From Chiloscyllium plagiosum (taxonomy: Eukaryota), in contig NC_057728.1 in NCBI RefSeq assembly GCF_004010195.1, positions 40,858,376 to 40,921,046 on the forward strand: 62,671 nt of DNA, in the 5' to 3' direction. The translations under genes and the position numbers were made by a program. Of the stretch, positions 37,808 to 52,644 are shown one piece after another (the stretch's first letter is position 1; each line of letters begins with the position of its first letter). The notes under the pieces are model-generated. The model was not told the DNA's origin, ran no database searches, and worked only from the letters and a program-made list of their open reading frames with translations.

Positions 37808-40054
37808 ATATCAGTGTGTGCTTAGTCTTGGTTACAAACTTGAAGACCCCAGTTATTGCTTTAGATGGGCTTCTGCTTTTAACGACATTGGAGTTGAATC
37901 AGACTAGGGTGACACTTTTTTTTGTAGTGGAGCATAACAGAAAAAATCATTAACCTTTTAGTGTCTTTTGCAACAATGAGAAGAAATTGAGAAAAATACT
38001 GATAGTAATGATTATACTCCATATAGATACCTCTGTGCTAATATTGATAACAAGTAACAGTGAGACACATGGGAACACAACTGAATATTCTTTACAGGCC
38101 CTGGTGTTTTACCTTTTTCTATTGATTGATTGTATTTTCATGTAACTCTCAGGAAGTGACTCCACCATCTGCCAAACCATTGAAGTTGTCGCCTTTGATC
38201 TGTACAACTTTGTAAAATAGTTCGATTTAAAGCATGTGTTACACTTGTTCCTTTTGAGTTGGATATGGAATTTTGGCTTAATGCCCAGACTGTGGAAAAG
38301 CTGTTTATTTTGAAGTTATGTGACAGTGATCGCCCATGTGCTGTTCGGGTTACTGGAATATCCTTGAGCGTCATCCTTGCAGTTGAGCTAGTGAGGAAGG
38401 CCGTGTCTGCAGTCCTGTGTAGCTTGATTGAATCTAACGTGGCAAATTTGATTTGGACAGGCAAAGTTAAGACTTTTTTTTATTCTAAGGTTTAATCACT
38501 ATGCTCCATGGGGAGACAGTCCCAAATTTGTGGAATTGAGATTGTTTTCAATTATTGATCTCTGATTAGCATACAAATTTACATGTAGAAGCCAATTTCT
38601 GGATTGCCACCGCATGTTGTTTTATGGGCTCACTGTATCACTGGAATTAGTCTATTGGAGTATACATTGCTGAATCATCACTCTAGCCTTCATATTTTTC
38701 AAAAGCACTTGTTGCCATATCAAATATAGCTGTATCATCAATGAGTTGATGATTTATTCATTGGCCCCCAACTGCAAGGCAACATACCGTTTAACTCCTT
38801 TTTATGAACCCTGAAATCTATCTGTCTCACAACATGGAAGGATCTCCTCACAGAGAAAAATGGGTTCTGGGCCCCAGAGCTGGTGAAGTTAAACATTTTG
38901 CAAAAATTCTTGTCACTAATTTTCTTGCATATTTATTGGTTTGCTATATGTCTTAATATTGATTTGGAACAATGCAGAGATGATGTTCATTCCAAAATTA
39001 AACAGCTTTCAGTGCTGCATACATGGTCTCAGCGCAGCTCTTTAGAAACATTTCTGTTTACTTAGCTCTCTAGCTTCACCCAAAGCCTTCAGCAGTTGAG
39101 AACAGTGGACAAGGATCAGTAACTAATGCAAACTACATGGATTAGTGTGGGAGGATAATTTGTATGAATCTTAAATCTGGTGTAGGCTTTTTTCTGTATG
39201 TTAAGTTCTACGTGACTTCCATTTCTACTTTGCCCATATCCTGACCTTCTCTCACATTTCAATAATTATTGTTTTTGTTCGCTTCATGCCTCCATTTTAA
39301 ATTTTGATCTTTTGAACCAGGTTTCAGTATGGTGGGGATGGGTTACAGGGTTGCTAATTTTCTCTTAACATTCACCTTCTTAACGCCTCTCTGAAATTGG
39401 CAACAAAACCAACATAAAAAATATGCTCAGATTAGCACAGAAGTTCAGAGATTGCAGCTTTCATTCAACAGTCTGTTGCTGACTCTGCTCTGGAACACCC
39501 CTCTCCTCCATCTTAGCTGGCAGTCATAAAATTAATAAGAATTTTGAACACTGTTTTTAGAAAGCCAAATCTTGCTCAATCAACTTCTTGTTCCTTCCAT
39601 CAGACACACGCAGAAACTATGCTTTCATTAGTTGGGGACTCTGCAATTTAAATTGCAATGCCATTTTAGTGATGGTGTAAGAGTCACCCAAAATAAATTT
39701 ATCATTGTTTTGAAAACAACATAAACATGCTAATACGTGACAGCCCAGTAACAGCAGTGGAATATATTAACATCTAACTTGTGGTGAGATTTCATTAAAA
39801 CTTGGTGCAAATACAGTCTTTGGATTTAACTGTATCTCTGCTTGCATCACTCTCAGATAAAACAATGCTTTGCCTGATTGTAATTCATGAATAACCACTG
39901 CTTACAGGCTCTTAGCTGTCTGTGATTTTTCGTTTCTGTTTTAAAAACAAGACCTTATTTCTCCAACATTAATTGTTAAAACCTGTCAGTGGAGTGGTGG
40001 CACACTAAAGTTTGTTTTGCTTTTTTTAAATGTAAAATTCCTTCTTAAGTTTTG

Positions 40055-40217
40055 ATTTGGAAATGCCAGTGTTGGACTGGGGTGTGCAAAGTTAAAAATC
40101 TCACAATACCAGGTTATAGTCATGATGAAGGAGTAGCGCTCTGAAAGCTCGTGCTTCCAAATACACCTGTTTAACCATAATTCATCATGACTATAACCTG
40201 GTGTTGTGATTTTTAAC
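40055..40217. mobile_element. Rearranged family B element
   Basis: Tail on the left. Short inverted arms 40091-40129 / 40181-40217 enclose one hammerhead-bearing segment. Confidence 0.75.
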
Positions 40218-43009
40218 CTTCTAGAGTTGTAATTTCATTCATAAATGTGAGAAACAAAGCTCACTGTTCAATAATTTCAGTCCGAGTCAAATTCTGAAGC
40301 AGTCTTTTTTCATACGTTCTTGCAAGTCGGGTGACCATAAAGTAGGCACCCCGATCAGGAAGTTACGTTACAATTTATCCAGTTCAGTTGAGTCTCTTGG
40401 TACTCCCCTTTTACTTCAAATCTGAAGTTGTATAGCTCTGTGCAGCTGCTAATCTAATCGACTTACCACATCTGTCTGTGGCCTATTGTTGGTGTGCAAC
40501 CCCCCCACTTGATAGCTGGGTCTTATTACTTTTGCTGATGCAACACTGGGTCTTATTTGGTTACCTTGTTCATACTAACTCCCTATGTGCGTGACAATTG
40601 CAACTGTCATGTCAACACATGTGTTTCTACCAGTCGACTACCTCCCTTTTCGGTTAGTTATATCTTGGTATATACCCTCATGATACCGCCTTGCGATTTT
40701 TGCAGAAGCAAGATACAGCTACTTGTAGCTGTCTGTGTGCAAGCTTTCTAGCCTAACATACACCACTCACTCCCACCCCCCACCCCCCATGACTCAGCCT
40801 TATGATTTTCGCAGAAACAACAACCTTCGCAAGGGCCTCTCAATAACCATGTTAGTATTGTTGTTTACATAAAAGTACCTTTTGCAAAAATTCTTTTGTG
40901 CCAAAGCACATTCTAGACTGCCCTTTGATATTGGGGTGGTGTCCAAGACATTATCACTGCAGCACTACGGTTAATGAATAGCAGTAAGAAATAATTATTT
41001 CACCACAGGCTGCTGTGAAAACCAGCTGATTAAAGCAGCAGCTTTTATTCGTTTTATTGCATGATCATTCTGAAGTTGTGTAGCTTTGGTTTTGTGCACC
41101 GAATTATTTACACAGACAGTGAAAGTAAATAAAAGACTCCTTGAGTTTAATTAAAATTGATGTAGTTGGCTCCACTGAAGTAATTGCAGAATAAATCTAA
41201 TAGAAATTGAATACCTAAAATAATTTTCTATTTACACTCCTTCTCACTCCTGATAATTGGATACCTTTTTGGTTCTCTACTAAATTCAAATTATGCAGTC
41301 TGTTTCAATGATGCCTTCTTAGCTGCCATTATATTTTTCATTGAAACAAATGATATTTATATGTTGCAATTTCCTCAAAAGATTTGCTGGTTCACTTAAT
41401 TCAATATGACCTATTTCCATCTTGAAATTAGGCTTGACTGCAAGGCTTCTTAAAATCTGCCTCTGCCCAAGTGTTTCCTGATGTCCCCTTTCAACTTGGT
41501 GTCGATTAGTTATTACTGTCCTGGGGATATCTTGCAATCTTTCATATTAAAGACATTGTGTAATTGCAAGTTTTTGGTCCAGTTCTTCCTGTAACAAACT
41601 GAATGGGAAGCTGTCAGTGCAGTGGGAATGTCATGAGATGAGTGTTCCAGCCTTAATGGGATAGGGACATGGGTTAAAATCCCACTAGCAGATTGAATTT
41701 TGAATTCAGTTAATAAGTCTGGAATGCAAAGTGAAATCAAGAAACCATTGTTGATTGTCATTTTAAAAAACCCATCTGGTTCACTTGTGTCTTTTAACAA
41801 AGGAAAATCTGCCATCTTCATATCTGGACAGATCAGTGTGGCTGACTCTTTAAATGTCTGCTGAAATGGCCAGTGTTATGTCAAACTGCTACGTACAAGC
41901 ATTCTCAGTCCTTCAGGTTCTGCTGTCGTTGTTGAAACACACCTTTTGTCAAACATTAGCTCATCTTGCCACAATGGAAGCACTAAACAACATGTCTTGG
42001 ATTATTCCTGCGTTGACTTTCTTCAATGAAGTTAAGAATAATGTCCACAGTCATTACTTATTTAATTTCTTCATCACCATGTAAATGATGTTTTTAAACT
42101 TTTTTTTTGGAAGGTAGAAAGCACGAAATGATGCTTCAGTGAAGGCTTTACCTTTTTGGTTCTTGGTTTAGGGAAAAACCATGTTTTGAAAACAGCCTTC
42201 AGGTCATTAAGTTTCTTGGTCCAAAACGTGCCATTGAAGGAAAAGATAGCTAAGTACTTGTCATGAGCCGTTTTGTGGTATTGTTCCAAGTTTCTCTTTT
42301 TACTTCTTGATACTTTGGTTACATGTAAGGCAAACACTCTGAGCTTTAACAGGAATGAATAGAAATTCATTTTCCATGCTGTGTGGAAATAGTATTTTTT
42401 GTGCTTCAGGTTCATCACTCATTATTGCTTCACCTTGTAATTCATGACATCATTCTGCAGTTAGGCCTCTGGATCCATGAAACATCTAGAATATTGCTGC
42501 TTTCAAGTATGGATGCACCAGGTTCACTTCTGTGGTTACAATTGTTTCCAGGTTCCCGGTTTGGCTTGCTTTGCGAGGATATTGGTTGTGCAGAATGACA
42601 ATGTTCCCAGCAGCTCTCTTTTTTTCAATGCTGTATGGACTGATTCAGATCAGCAGCTGAAGAGGAAAATGAAATCAATCACAGCATTACATCTATCAGT
42701 TCCCCTTTATCAACTCTAGCAAATTTGCCAAACATTATTTCCCTTTCTCAAAACCATGTTGACTCTGAGCTTGCTAAATTGCTGGATAGCTCATTAAAGG
42801 AAAGTGGGGGTGGGGGTGATTATTAGGTTTTGGGAATAAGGTGAAACTATTAGGATATGTCACACACTTGCCTCCGAGTCAGATGTTGAGGGGTCATGTC
42901 TCATTCCAGAGCATGAGCACCTCAAAGGTCGAGCCTGAAGATTCATTTCATCATTGACGGAGGTGCTATCTTTTGGATGATGTTAAATCAAGGTTTCATT
43001 AAGCTCTTC

Positions 43010-45895
43010 TAAGCATCCCTTACAAGTCTCACAACATCCTTCCGATAAGAAGGAGACCAGAATTGCACACAATATTCCAAAAGTGGCCTAACCAATGCCC
43101 TGTACAAAAGCACCATGACCTTCAACTCCTGTACTCAATGCACTGACCAATAAAGGAAAGTATACCAAACTCCTTCATTATCCTATTTACCTGCAACTCT
43201 ACTTTTCAGGAACTATGAACCTGCACTCCAAAGTTTCTTTGTTCAGCAACACTCCATAGGACCTTACCATTAAGTGTACAAGTCCTGCTAAGATTTGCTT
43301 ATCCAAAATGTAGCACCACATTTATCTAAATTAAACTTCATCTGCCACTCCTCAGCCCGTTGGCCCATCTGATCAAGATCCTATTGTACTCTGAGGTAAC
43401 CTTCTTCACTGTCTACTCCACTTACACTTTTGGTATCATGTGCAAACTTACTAACTATACCTTCTATGTTCACATCCAAATCATTTATATAAATGACGAC
43501 AAAAGTTGAGGACCCAGCACCAATCCTTGTGGTGCTCCACCGGTCATAGTCCTCCAGTCTGAAAAGCAACCCTCCATCACCACTTTCAGTCTTCTACCTT
43601 TGAGCCAGTTCTGTATCCAAATGGCTAGTTCTCCCTGTATTCCATGAGACCTAACCTTGCGAATAAGTCTCCCATGAGGAGCCTTGTCGAATGCCTTACT
43701 AAAGTCCATACAGATCAAGTCTATCACTCTGCCCTCATCAATCCTCTTTGTTGCTTCTTCAAAAACGCCTTCTAGTTTGTGAGACATGATTTCCCACGCA
43801 CAAAGCCATGTTGACTATCCCTAATCAGTCCTTGCCTTTCCAAATATATGTACATCCTGTCCCTCAGGATTCCCTCCAACAACTTGCCCACCACCAATGT
43901 CAGGCTCACCGGTCTATAGTTCCCTGGCTTTTCCTTACCACCCTTCTTAAACAGTTGCAGCACATTAGCCAACCTCCAGTCGTCTGGCACCTCACCTGTG
44001 ACTATTGATGCTACAAATGTCTCAGCAAGTGGCCCAGCAATCATTTTCCTGGCTTTCCACAGAGTTCTAGGGAACATCTGATCAGGTCCTAGGGATATAT
44101 CCACTTTTATGTGTTTCAAGACATTGAGCACTTCCTTTCAAGATGTCACCATCTATTTCCCCACATTCTATATCTTCCATGTCCTTTTCCATGGTAAACA
44201 CTGATGCAAAATATTCATTTAGTATCTCTCTCATCTCCTGCGGCTCCACACAAAGGCAGCCTTGCTGATCTTTGAGGTGCCTTATTCTCTCCCTAGTTAC
44301 CCTTTTTTCCTTCATGCATTTGTGAAATCCCTTTGGATTCTCCTTAAGCTATCTCATGTCCCCTTTTTGCCCTCCTGATTTCCCTCTTAAGTATACTCTG
44401 ACTGCCTTGATTCTCTTCTAAGGATCCATTCAATCTCTCCTGTCAATACCAGATGTATGCTTTCTTCTCTTCTTAAGCAAAATCTTAACTTCCCTATTCA
44501 TCCATCATTCCCTACACCTACCAGCCTTCCCTTTCACCCTAACAAGAACATACTGTCTCTGGAGTCTCGTTATCTCATTTTTGAAGGCCATTTTCCAGCC
44601 ATCCATTTATCTGAGAACATCTACCCCCAATCAGCTTTTGAAGGTTCTTGCCTAATAGCGTCAATGTTAGCCTTCCTTCAATTTAGAACTTTAACTTTTA
44701 GATATGGTCTATCCTTTCTCATCACTATTTTAAAACTAATTGAATTATAGTTGTTGGCCCCAAAGTGCTTCCCCATTGACACCTCATGGGGAAGGCCTGC
44801 CTTATTTCCCAAGAGAAGGTCAGGTTTTGCACCTTCTCTTGGAGGTACATCCACATACTGAATCAGAAAGTTTTCTTATCCACACTTAACAAATTCCTCC
44901 ACATCTAAACCCTTAACACTATGGCAGTCCCAGTCTTTGTTTGGAAAGTTAAAATCTCCAACCATAACCACCCTATTATTCTTACAGATAACTGAAACCT
45001 CCTTAGAAATGTGTTTCTCAATTTCCCGCTGACCATGAGGGGGTCTAGAATACAATCCCAATAAAGTTATCATCCCTTTCTTATTTCTCAGTTCCACCCA
45101 ACTGATGTCCCTGGATGTATTCCTAGCAATATTCTCCCTAAGTACAGCTCTAATGCTATCCCTTTTCAAAAACAACTCTTTCCCCCCCCCCCTCCTCTGT
45201 TGCCCCCCTTTCTATCCTTCCTTTTGGCATTAGTATCCTGGAACATTAAGCTGCCAGTCCTGTCCATCCCTGAGCCACGTTTCTGTAAATGCTATGATAT
45301 CCCAGTCCCATATTCCTAACCATGCCTTGAGTTCATTTGCCTTCCCTGTTAGCCCTCTTGCATTGAAATAAATGCAGTTTCATTTGTCAGTCCTATCTTG
45401 GTCTCTGCTTTGATCCTTCCTGCCCTGACTGTTTGTTTGACTTGCTCCCTTTCCCAACTGTCCCAATCTCAGATTGATCTCTTTCCTCACTATTTCTCTG
45501 GCACCATGCCCTTTAACTCACTATTTCTCTGGGTACCCCGCCCCCAACTTACTAGTTTAAATCCAATTCAGGCCTCTTGCATTTAAGAAATTGCACTTTA
45601 ATTAATCCGTCCTACCTTGTTCTCTGCTTTGTTCCTGCCCACCCTGATTGTTTGACTCGCGTCAGATTGATCTCTGCTCACTATTTCCCTGGATCCCACT
45701 CCCCCGCCTTACTAGTTTGGAGCAGCTCTAGCAAATCTCCCTGCCAGTATGTTAGTCCCCTTCCAATACCGGTGCAATCCATCCTTCTGGTAAGGTCACT
45801 TCTACCCCAGAAGAGATTCCAATGTAAACCCTCCTCCCCTGCACCATCTCCTCAGCCACGCATTTGTCTGCTCTACTTTTCCTTCAATCGAAACT
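43010..45895 (-). mobile_element. Long degenerate CR1 LINE (ORF1 C-terminus, APE endonuclease, RT)
   Basis: NAWLRRWCR (ORF1 end); WVELRNKKG..YSRPP..VMVGDFNFP (endonuclease, 44876-45175); RT ORFs 43381-44315. Confidence 0.92.
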
Positions 45896-45970
45896 GTTCG
45901 AATGAGTTTCCTCCCATTAGTGTTGTTTACGTTTGAGATGTTTATAGTGTGCTCCACTGTAAAGACTGAT

Positions 45971-46435
45971 GACAATAGACAATAGGTGCAGGAGTAGGCC
46001 ATTCTGCCCTTCGAGCCTGCACCGCCATTCAATATAATCATGGCTGATCATTCCTAATCAGTATCCTGTTCCTGCCTTATCTCCATAACCCTTGATTCCA
46101 CTATCTTTGAGACGGCACTCACCCATCAGCGGAAACATGTTTCCTGCCTCTAGAGTGTCCAATCTTTTAATAATCTTTATATGTCTCAATCAGATCCCCT
46201 CTCAGTCTTCTAAACTCAAGGGTATACAAGCCCAGTTGCTCCAGTCTTTCAGTGTAAGGTAATCCCGCCATTCCAGGAATTGACCATGTGAACCTACGCT
46301 GCATTCCCTCAATAGCCAGAATGTCTTTCCTCAAATTTGGAGACCAGAACTGCACACAATACTCCAGGTGTGGTCTCACCAGGGCCCTATACAGCTGCAG
46401 AAGAATCTCTTTGCTTCTATACTCAATCCCTCTTG
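45971..46435 (-). mobile_element. CR1 3' fragment
   Basis: ORF 46167-46463 ([31 protein letters not shown]) and a (tattgtc)n tail. Confidence 0.9.
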
Positions 46436-48534
46436 CAAATAATTGTTTTGAATCATCTGCCACTTATTTTCCAATCCCCAATTTTATCCTCTAAGAGTCC
46501 CACTCTCCCTTTTTTATTCTTCAAAGTTCTTGCTTTTTTAAAAATTTCTTGCCAATGTACTTTCACAATCAATTTCTTCCTCTTCTTTCACATTTTCGCC
46601 ATCTGCATTGTTTCTAATATGTTCTCTATCCTGTGGCTTGACATTTAGTTTTTGCTGATTTCTTTTGCTGTTACCCATGTGTCTCCCACCTTTTATGAAG
46701 AAACTGCCCTTGCTGCCTCTCCAGCTGGTTCTGAAGTTGCTGTCCACACTTGTCCTCACACTGTTGTAGAAATTGCTATACCTGTGTTCTTTCTCATATT
46801 ACAAAAAGAAAGGTAAAGTCAAGCCAAGCAAGGGTACAGATGAAGGTTGAGGCAGCAGTGAGTTGCAAAGTCTTGAAGATCCAAATATCCTTCTTTAAAG
46901 GTAGAGCTTGTGAAGTGGCTTGTGTAAGTTTTGAAGTTTACTGTGAAATGTTTATTTTCTTAGCAGTCAAGGCAGAAACAAACTTTATGGTATGTGATCA
47001 TTGAAGCACACTGCATGCTTTGAAGGATTAAATTCAATCTTTTTTTGTATTCATCCCTGTAGATATTGCTCAAGTTAGTACTCCACTGCTTAAGGGGTAG
47101 TAAAATCAAATCAAAACTTGTCATGTTGGCACGCTGATTAAACTATTCAATAATTTATCATTTTCAAATGCTTATCTGAGTAACTTGAGCAAGATTTGAA
47201 ATGCTTTTTCAGGGAGGAGTTGTACAAATTTACAATAGATAAGCAATTCTTTTTGGAGCATATTCACTGATTATTTGCCAACACATTTTAGGTCAGAGAA
47301 ATTCTGCTGTTCTCTACCTGTTTGATGTTGGAAAAGATATTATCCACTTTGTTGTGAGATTTGATCAGGCTTTCCACAGGTCTGAGTAAGTCACCAGTAA
47401 TTATTCTTCCCCAATTAATCATGTTATCTTGTAAATTAGATTATAGTTACTACAGAAATGTCATTACTGTTAATTATTTCACTGACCCACATTTTAAATC
47501 CACTGAAATATCACTGATCCAATTAATTTTTCATAATGGACTCTTTCAGAAGGAAGTTGAATTCTTCTCGCTGCATACTTCCTGCTGTTAGAAATAAATG
47601 TCTGTAAAGCCTTAAAATTTGCTTGGCTCAATATTTGTTAAAAGTTGAAGTGTAATTTGATGGAGCATTATTCACTTAATGGTCAACATGAATGAGGTGT
47701 ACATGTCTAGGTTTTTAAAACAACAGTATTTTTTGTTTTTAATTCACATGTGGGACATCAGGCATTGCTGGCCGAGTCAGCATTTTTATTGCCTGTTCCT
47801 AGTTGCCCTTGAAAATGTGCTGGTGGTGGTGAGCTTTCTTTTGAACTGCTACAGCCCATGTGCTGTCAGTCGACCCACAATGCCATTAGCGAGGGAATTG
47901 CATTTGATTGGAATTTGCATGGGAAATATAGTCACTGTTTATCTGTTCTTACCCAATTTTCTTTTTAAATGATTTCATAAATTCTCTGCAACTTGGATAC
48001 ACAATGTGATCAAATAGATATCACAACAATTATTCCTGAACAGAAATGCAAACGGAAGTACAAATTATCTGGAATTGTCTGTGATATCGTCTTAACTTTT
48101 TCATGTTATGTTTTCAACTGAAATTTTTTAATTTCTGGCTGAAGAAAATGGATAGATAACATTACACGAAAGGAAGATCTTTTTAAATCTCATAACCACA
48201 CGTAGGTGCAAAATAGCAAAGCAGCTTGCTTTGCCAGGAGTGATAAAATGCTTGGAAAGTACTATAACTTACAAATGTGATGTCCTCAAACTATGTCGTC
48301 CAAACATGTTTATTAAATCTCATGCAGTATTATGTAAAGTCCACTACATCAAAAAAAATTGTTCAGGTCAGTATAGATCAAACTTTGCACAGTAATGCTG
48401 GAAGGCAACAATGTAATCTTGCCTTTGACTATTATGTAAAAGTGGGCCTTTGTCTGAATACTTAGGATTGCAATGGGAATTCCACATTATCTTCCAATTA
48501 ATATAAGCACTAGTGTTTATAATCCTCACCAATT

Positions 48535-49968
48535 TATAGAGTCATAGAGATGTACAGCACAAAAGCAGACCCTTCGGTCCAACTCTTCCACGCCGACCAG
48601 ATATCCCAACCCAATCTAGTCCCACCTGCCAGCACCTGCCCCATATCCCTCCAAACCTTTCCTATTCATATAGCCATCCAGATGCCTTTTAAATGTTGCA
48701 ATTGTACAGCCTCCACCACTTCCTCTGGCAGCTCATTCCATACACGTACCACCTTCTGCGTGAAAAAGTTGCCCATTAGGTCTCTTTTATATCTTTCTCC
48801 TCTCACCCTGAACCTATTCCCTCTAGTTCTGGACCCCCCTTCACTAGGGAAAAGACTTTGTCTACTTATCCTATCCACACCCCTTATTATTTTATAAATC
48901 CCTATAAGGTTACCCCTCAGCCTCCGACACTCCAGGGAAAAAGGCCCCAGCCTATTCAACCTCTCCCTATAGCTCAAATCCTCCAACTCTAGCAACATCC
49001 TTGTAAATAGTTTCTGAACCCTTTCAAGTTTCACAACATCTTTCCGATAGGAAGGAGACCAGAATTCCAAACTCCTCTACTCAGTACTCTGACCAATAGA
49101 GGAAAGCATACCAAATGCCTTCTTCACTGTCTATTTACCTGGGACTCCATTTTCAAGAAGCTATGAACTTGCACTCCAAGGTCTCTTTGTTCTGCAACAC
49201 TCCCTAGGACCTTACCATTAAGTGTATAAGTCCTGCTAAGTTTTGCTTTCCCAAATTGTAGCACCTCACATTTATCTGAATTAAACTCCATCTGCAACTT
49301 CTCAGCCCATTGGCCCATCTAATCAAGATCTTGTACTCTGAGATAACCTTCTTCGCTATCCACTACACCTCCAATTTTGGTGTCACCTGCAAACTTACTA
49401 ACTGTACCTCTTATGCTCACATCCAAATCATTTATATAAATGACAAAAAGTAGAGGACCCAGCACCAATCCTTGTGGCACTCTACTGGTCACAGTCCTCC
49501 AGTCTGAAAAGCAACCCTCCACCATCACCTTCTACCTTTTGAGCCAGTTCTCTATCCAAATGGCTAGTTCTCCCTGTATTCTATAAGATCTAACTTTGCT
49601 AACCAGTCTCCCATGGGGATCCTTGTCGAACGCCTTACTGAACTCCATATAGATCACATCTACCGCTCTGCCCTCATCAATCTCTTTGTTACTACTTCAA
49701 AAATCTCAATCAAGTTTGTGAGACATGATTTCCCACGCACAAAGCCATGTTGACTCTCCCTAATCAGTCCTTGCCTTTAGAAATACATGTATATCCCTCA
49801 GGATACCCTCCAAAAACTTGCCCACCACTGATGTCAGGCTCACTGGTCTGTAGTTCTCTCGCTTGTCCTTACCACCTTTCTTAAACAGTGACATCACGTT
49901 AGCCAACCTCCAGTCTTCCAGCACCTTACCTGTGACTATCTATGATACAAATATCTCAGTAAGAGGGC
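48535..49968 (-). mobile_element. 5'-truncated CR1 LINE, same subfamily as 7030-9003
   Basis: ORFs 48666-49528 with VPQGLVLGP, FAGD and FFTQKVVRVWN; tail ctatgactctat. Confidence 0.92.
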
Positions 49969-50134
49969 AGATTTCTTTGCATCTTTCCAACAGTATAGTA
50001 ATAGTTTGTCTGCTGCCTTTTAGCTCCCTGCTATTATTTGGTGCTTAGCCTTGGTGAATGTTAAAGGTGATTTCGTCCTCAGGACAACACGGCCGAACCT
50101 GATCATGTCCTTATCTCGTGTTTGAGAGATCAGT

Positions 50135-50570
50135 TTATGATCTGGGCTTAATGGTAGTATCTTTTAGTACCAGAATCTCGAGATCACTGATTTAGGCCTT
50201 GCTTCCAGGATTTGGGGGGAAAGAAAAGATCTAGTCTGACACTTCTGTGTGATACTGAACAAAGTATTTTGAATCAAAAGTCTTTTTTTTTTGGTCCTTG
50301 TTGAAATGAGTATAAAGTAGCACAAAACAGCACTTTATAGAGAGCACGGATGTTTTTCTAATTCCCTGGCAAACATTTATTGCCTATTGGCACCTCAAAG
50401 CTAGTTAATTGGCAAATTTTCTCTTGGCTTGTCAAGTGAGATGTTGTTTGCTGATTGACTGACTTTCTACATTGCACGATGATTATAATTCAGAAGCACT
50501 TCATTGGCTGTGAAATGTTTTGTGATATCCTGAGCATTTATAAGTTTTAAGATTTGCAATTTCTTTCTTT
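50135..50570 (+). mobile_element. Old tRNA-derived SINE (Deu-SINE-like); partial relatives at ~6705-6945, ~42860-43000 and ~31690-31960 (-)
   Basis: Decayed A/B boxes, core cctggcaaacatttat, tail cacttcattggctgtgaaatgttttgtgatatcctgag. Family name from memory. Confidence 0.45.
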
Positions 50571-52644
50571 CTCGGCACGTCTTCTGATGCTGCTTTTCTG
50601 CAATCATGTAATTATAGGGCAGAGGAGTGAGTTCCTAATTTAATGTGGCAAAGACTATTTTAATTTTTATACTTTACAGTTATATTTTTAAACTATTCAT
50701 TTATATATTAATTTTTAAGTAGGTAGCTGGATTACTGAAGTGTATGTGCTCATGATTTTAATTAACTGTGGGAGAAAATTCAATATGTAATGGTTTTGCA
50801 GTATTTGGAGGAATTATTTCAGTTTTCTTTGGGACTTTGTACAAAGTTATAACTTTAACTATGGAAATTTTTGCAAATGAACTCCTAGAGCACACATTAA
50901 CAAAGGGAGAAAACATAAGAAATTTTTCCAAAAATCCACTCTGAAATGTTAACTGCTTGTTTCAATGAGTAATTCTAATATTTGCAATTTTTTTTTTGCT
51001 TTTTGCATTTTGTTTTTGTAGCTTCAGTTTTCTTTCCTTTCCCTTCTTTGTGATTTAACACCAACAAGGCAACTAATCAAACTGGTACATCATGGAGAAG
51101 AATTCCTGCAGTCGCTTGTCATTAATCAATCCCAACCTTATGCTAAATGTACATTTGTAATGACTACTTGGAAGAAATGCTTGGCTGATCAATGTCAGCA
51201 TAAATAAATTATTGAAAACTAATTTCCTCTACACCTTCCTTCCCAGCTAGAGACTTCTAGCAGAATACATTTTCATTCCAGTATTTCAGCATGACTGCTA
51301 ATTAGTTTGATTTTGGAAAAATTTTGAGTTTTAAAAATTTAGCATGACGGGTTTTGCAAAAATTATTGACGAGTAATTCCATGCTTTTTAAAAAAATTTC
51401 ATTTAATTTTTTTCATTAATTGAATTTTTCATTCACAGTAGTGTAATACTTTGACAATACAACTCAAGTGGAGTCTTCATTCTCGCCAATACTGCAAATG
51501 GAAAATCTGGCATGCACAATGGGAAAGGTGAGGCTGTTCCCTAACACGCAATCTCTGGAGCACACATAAAGGGAATTAGTGCTTTAGTGTTAAGTCATAT
51601 TGTGTTCAGAATTTATTAAGCTAGAATTTTATCAGCAATATTCTGAAAATGTAATCATTGCTTCATTGAAAATAATATTATTATTGGCCAAACTATCTGC
51701 ATCATTGTAAGTACAACCAAATATTTACTTGAGCGACAAAACTGCTTGCAGATAATTGGGATAAAGTCATCTTGATCTGATTTATGCTCAAAGTTACAAG
51801 AGGGCTCTATGACAAACAGCAGAAGACTGTTAAGTAAATTTTCTGAGAATCTTGTTTAAAATTTGTGGGAACATCAAGTCCCTCGAGATAATGAGCTGAA
51901 ATCTGACTTTTTGGAAAAACTGAACATTCTCACTGAACAGTGATTCCATATTGTACACAGAATGTTTAAGAAAATTCAAGTTGTGAAAGCTTGTTTTTTT
52001 TAAAAGACAAGTTTTTAAAAATAATAGTTTTTTTAAACAAATCCTATTCGCATCAGAAATAGTCACCAAGACTTAATGGGAGAATGTGAGGACTGCAGGT
52101 GCTGGGGATCGCTTCAAATGTCCATTTATGCTGCTTTCGAACTGTTGTGATGACTACAAACATGTGTGGATGTGAGGCTGGATAATGTTAATGAGCTAAA
52201 TGGACTTATTTCAGATGAAAAAATAATAAAGAAGTTGGACAGGGCAAAGTTCTGGTGTAAAGCAGGTATAAGTACTTATGCAAACATTTTCAACAAGAAA
52301 CAGTGCCATCCTGCTTTTGTTATTGTTGCATGGACAATTATAAATAAATTCAGAGCTATCATGGCACTTTCAGCATTGTGGTTTTATCAAAGAGTGAGCT
52401 ATAGATACAAGGATTGCCCGAAAGTAAGCATCTTGTTGACGGATCTGAGCCGAGGCCAAATTAATAAACAATTGTTATTTGGGCAATGTACTGGTTACTT
52501 TATTTAATTCATTACCAGGAAAAACATGTCCTGCCTTCTTCCCACAAACCTTCCTCCTTTTTCTTTTTGCTTGTAAAACCCTTGATCAGTGCCCTACTGC
52601 ATTCAACACTGTGTTGACACTTGGATATAAAATTTAGCACTTTT

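Noticed and set aside
52215..52265. Possible 51-nt phase 1-1 exon (tttcag|ATGAAAAA...GCAG|gtataa; DEKIIKKLDRAKFWCKA)
   Set aside because: No resemblance to the GRIP1 exon sequences I recall (DESPYTK.. / EEFKGS..), poor polypyrimidine tract, and it follows a decayed repeat tail. Likely chance.
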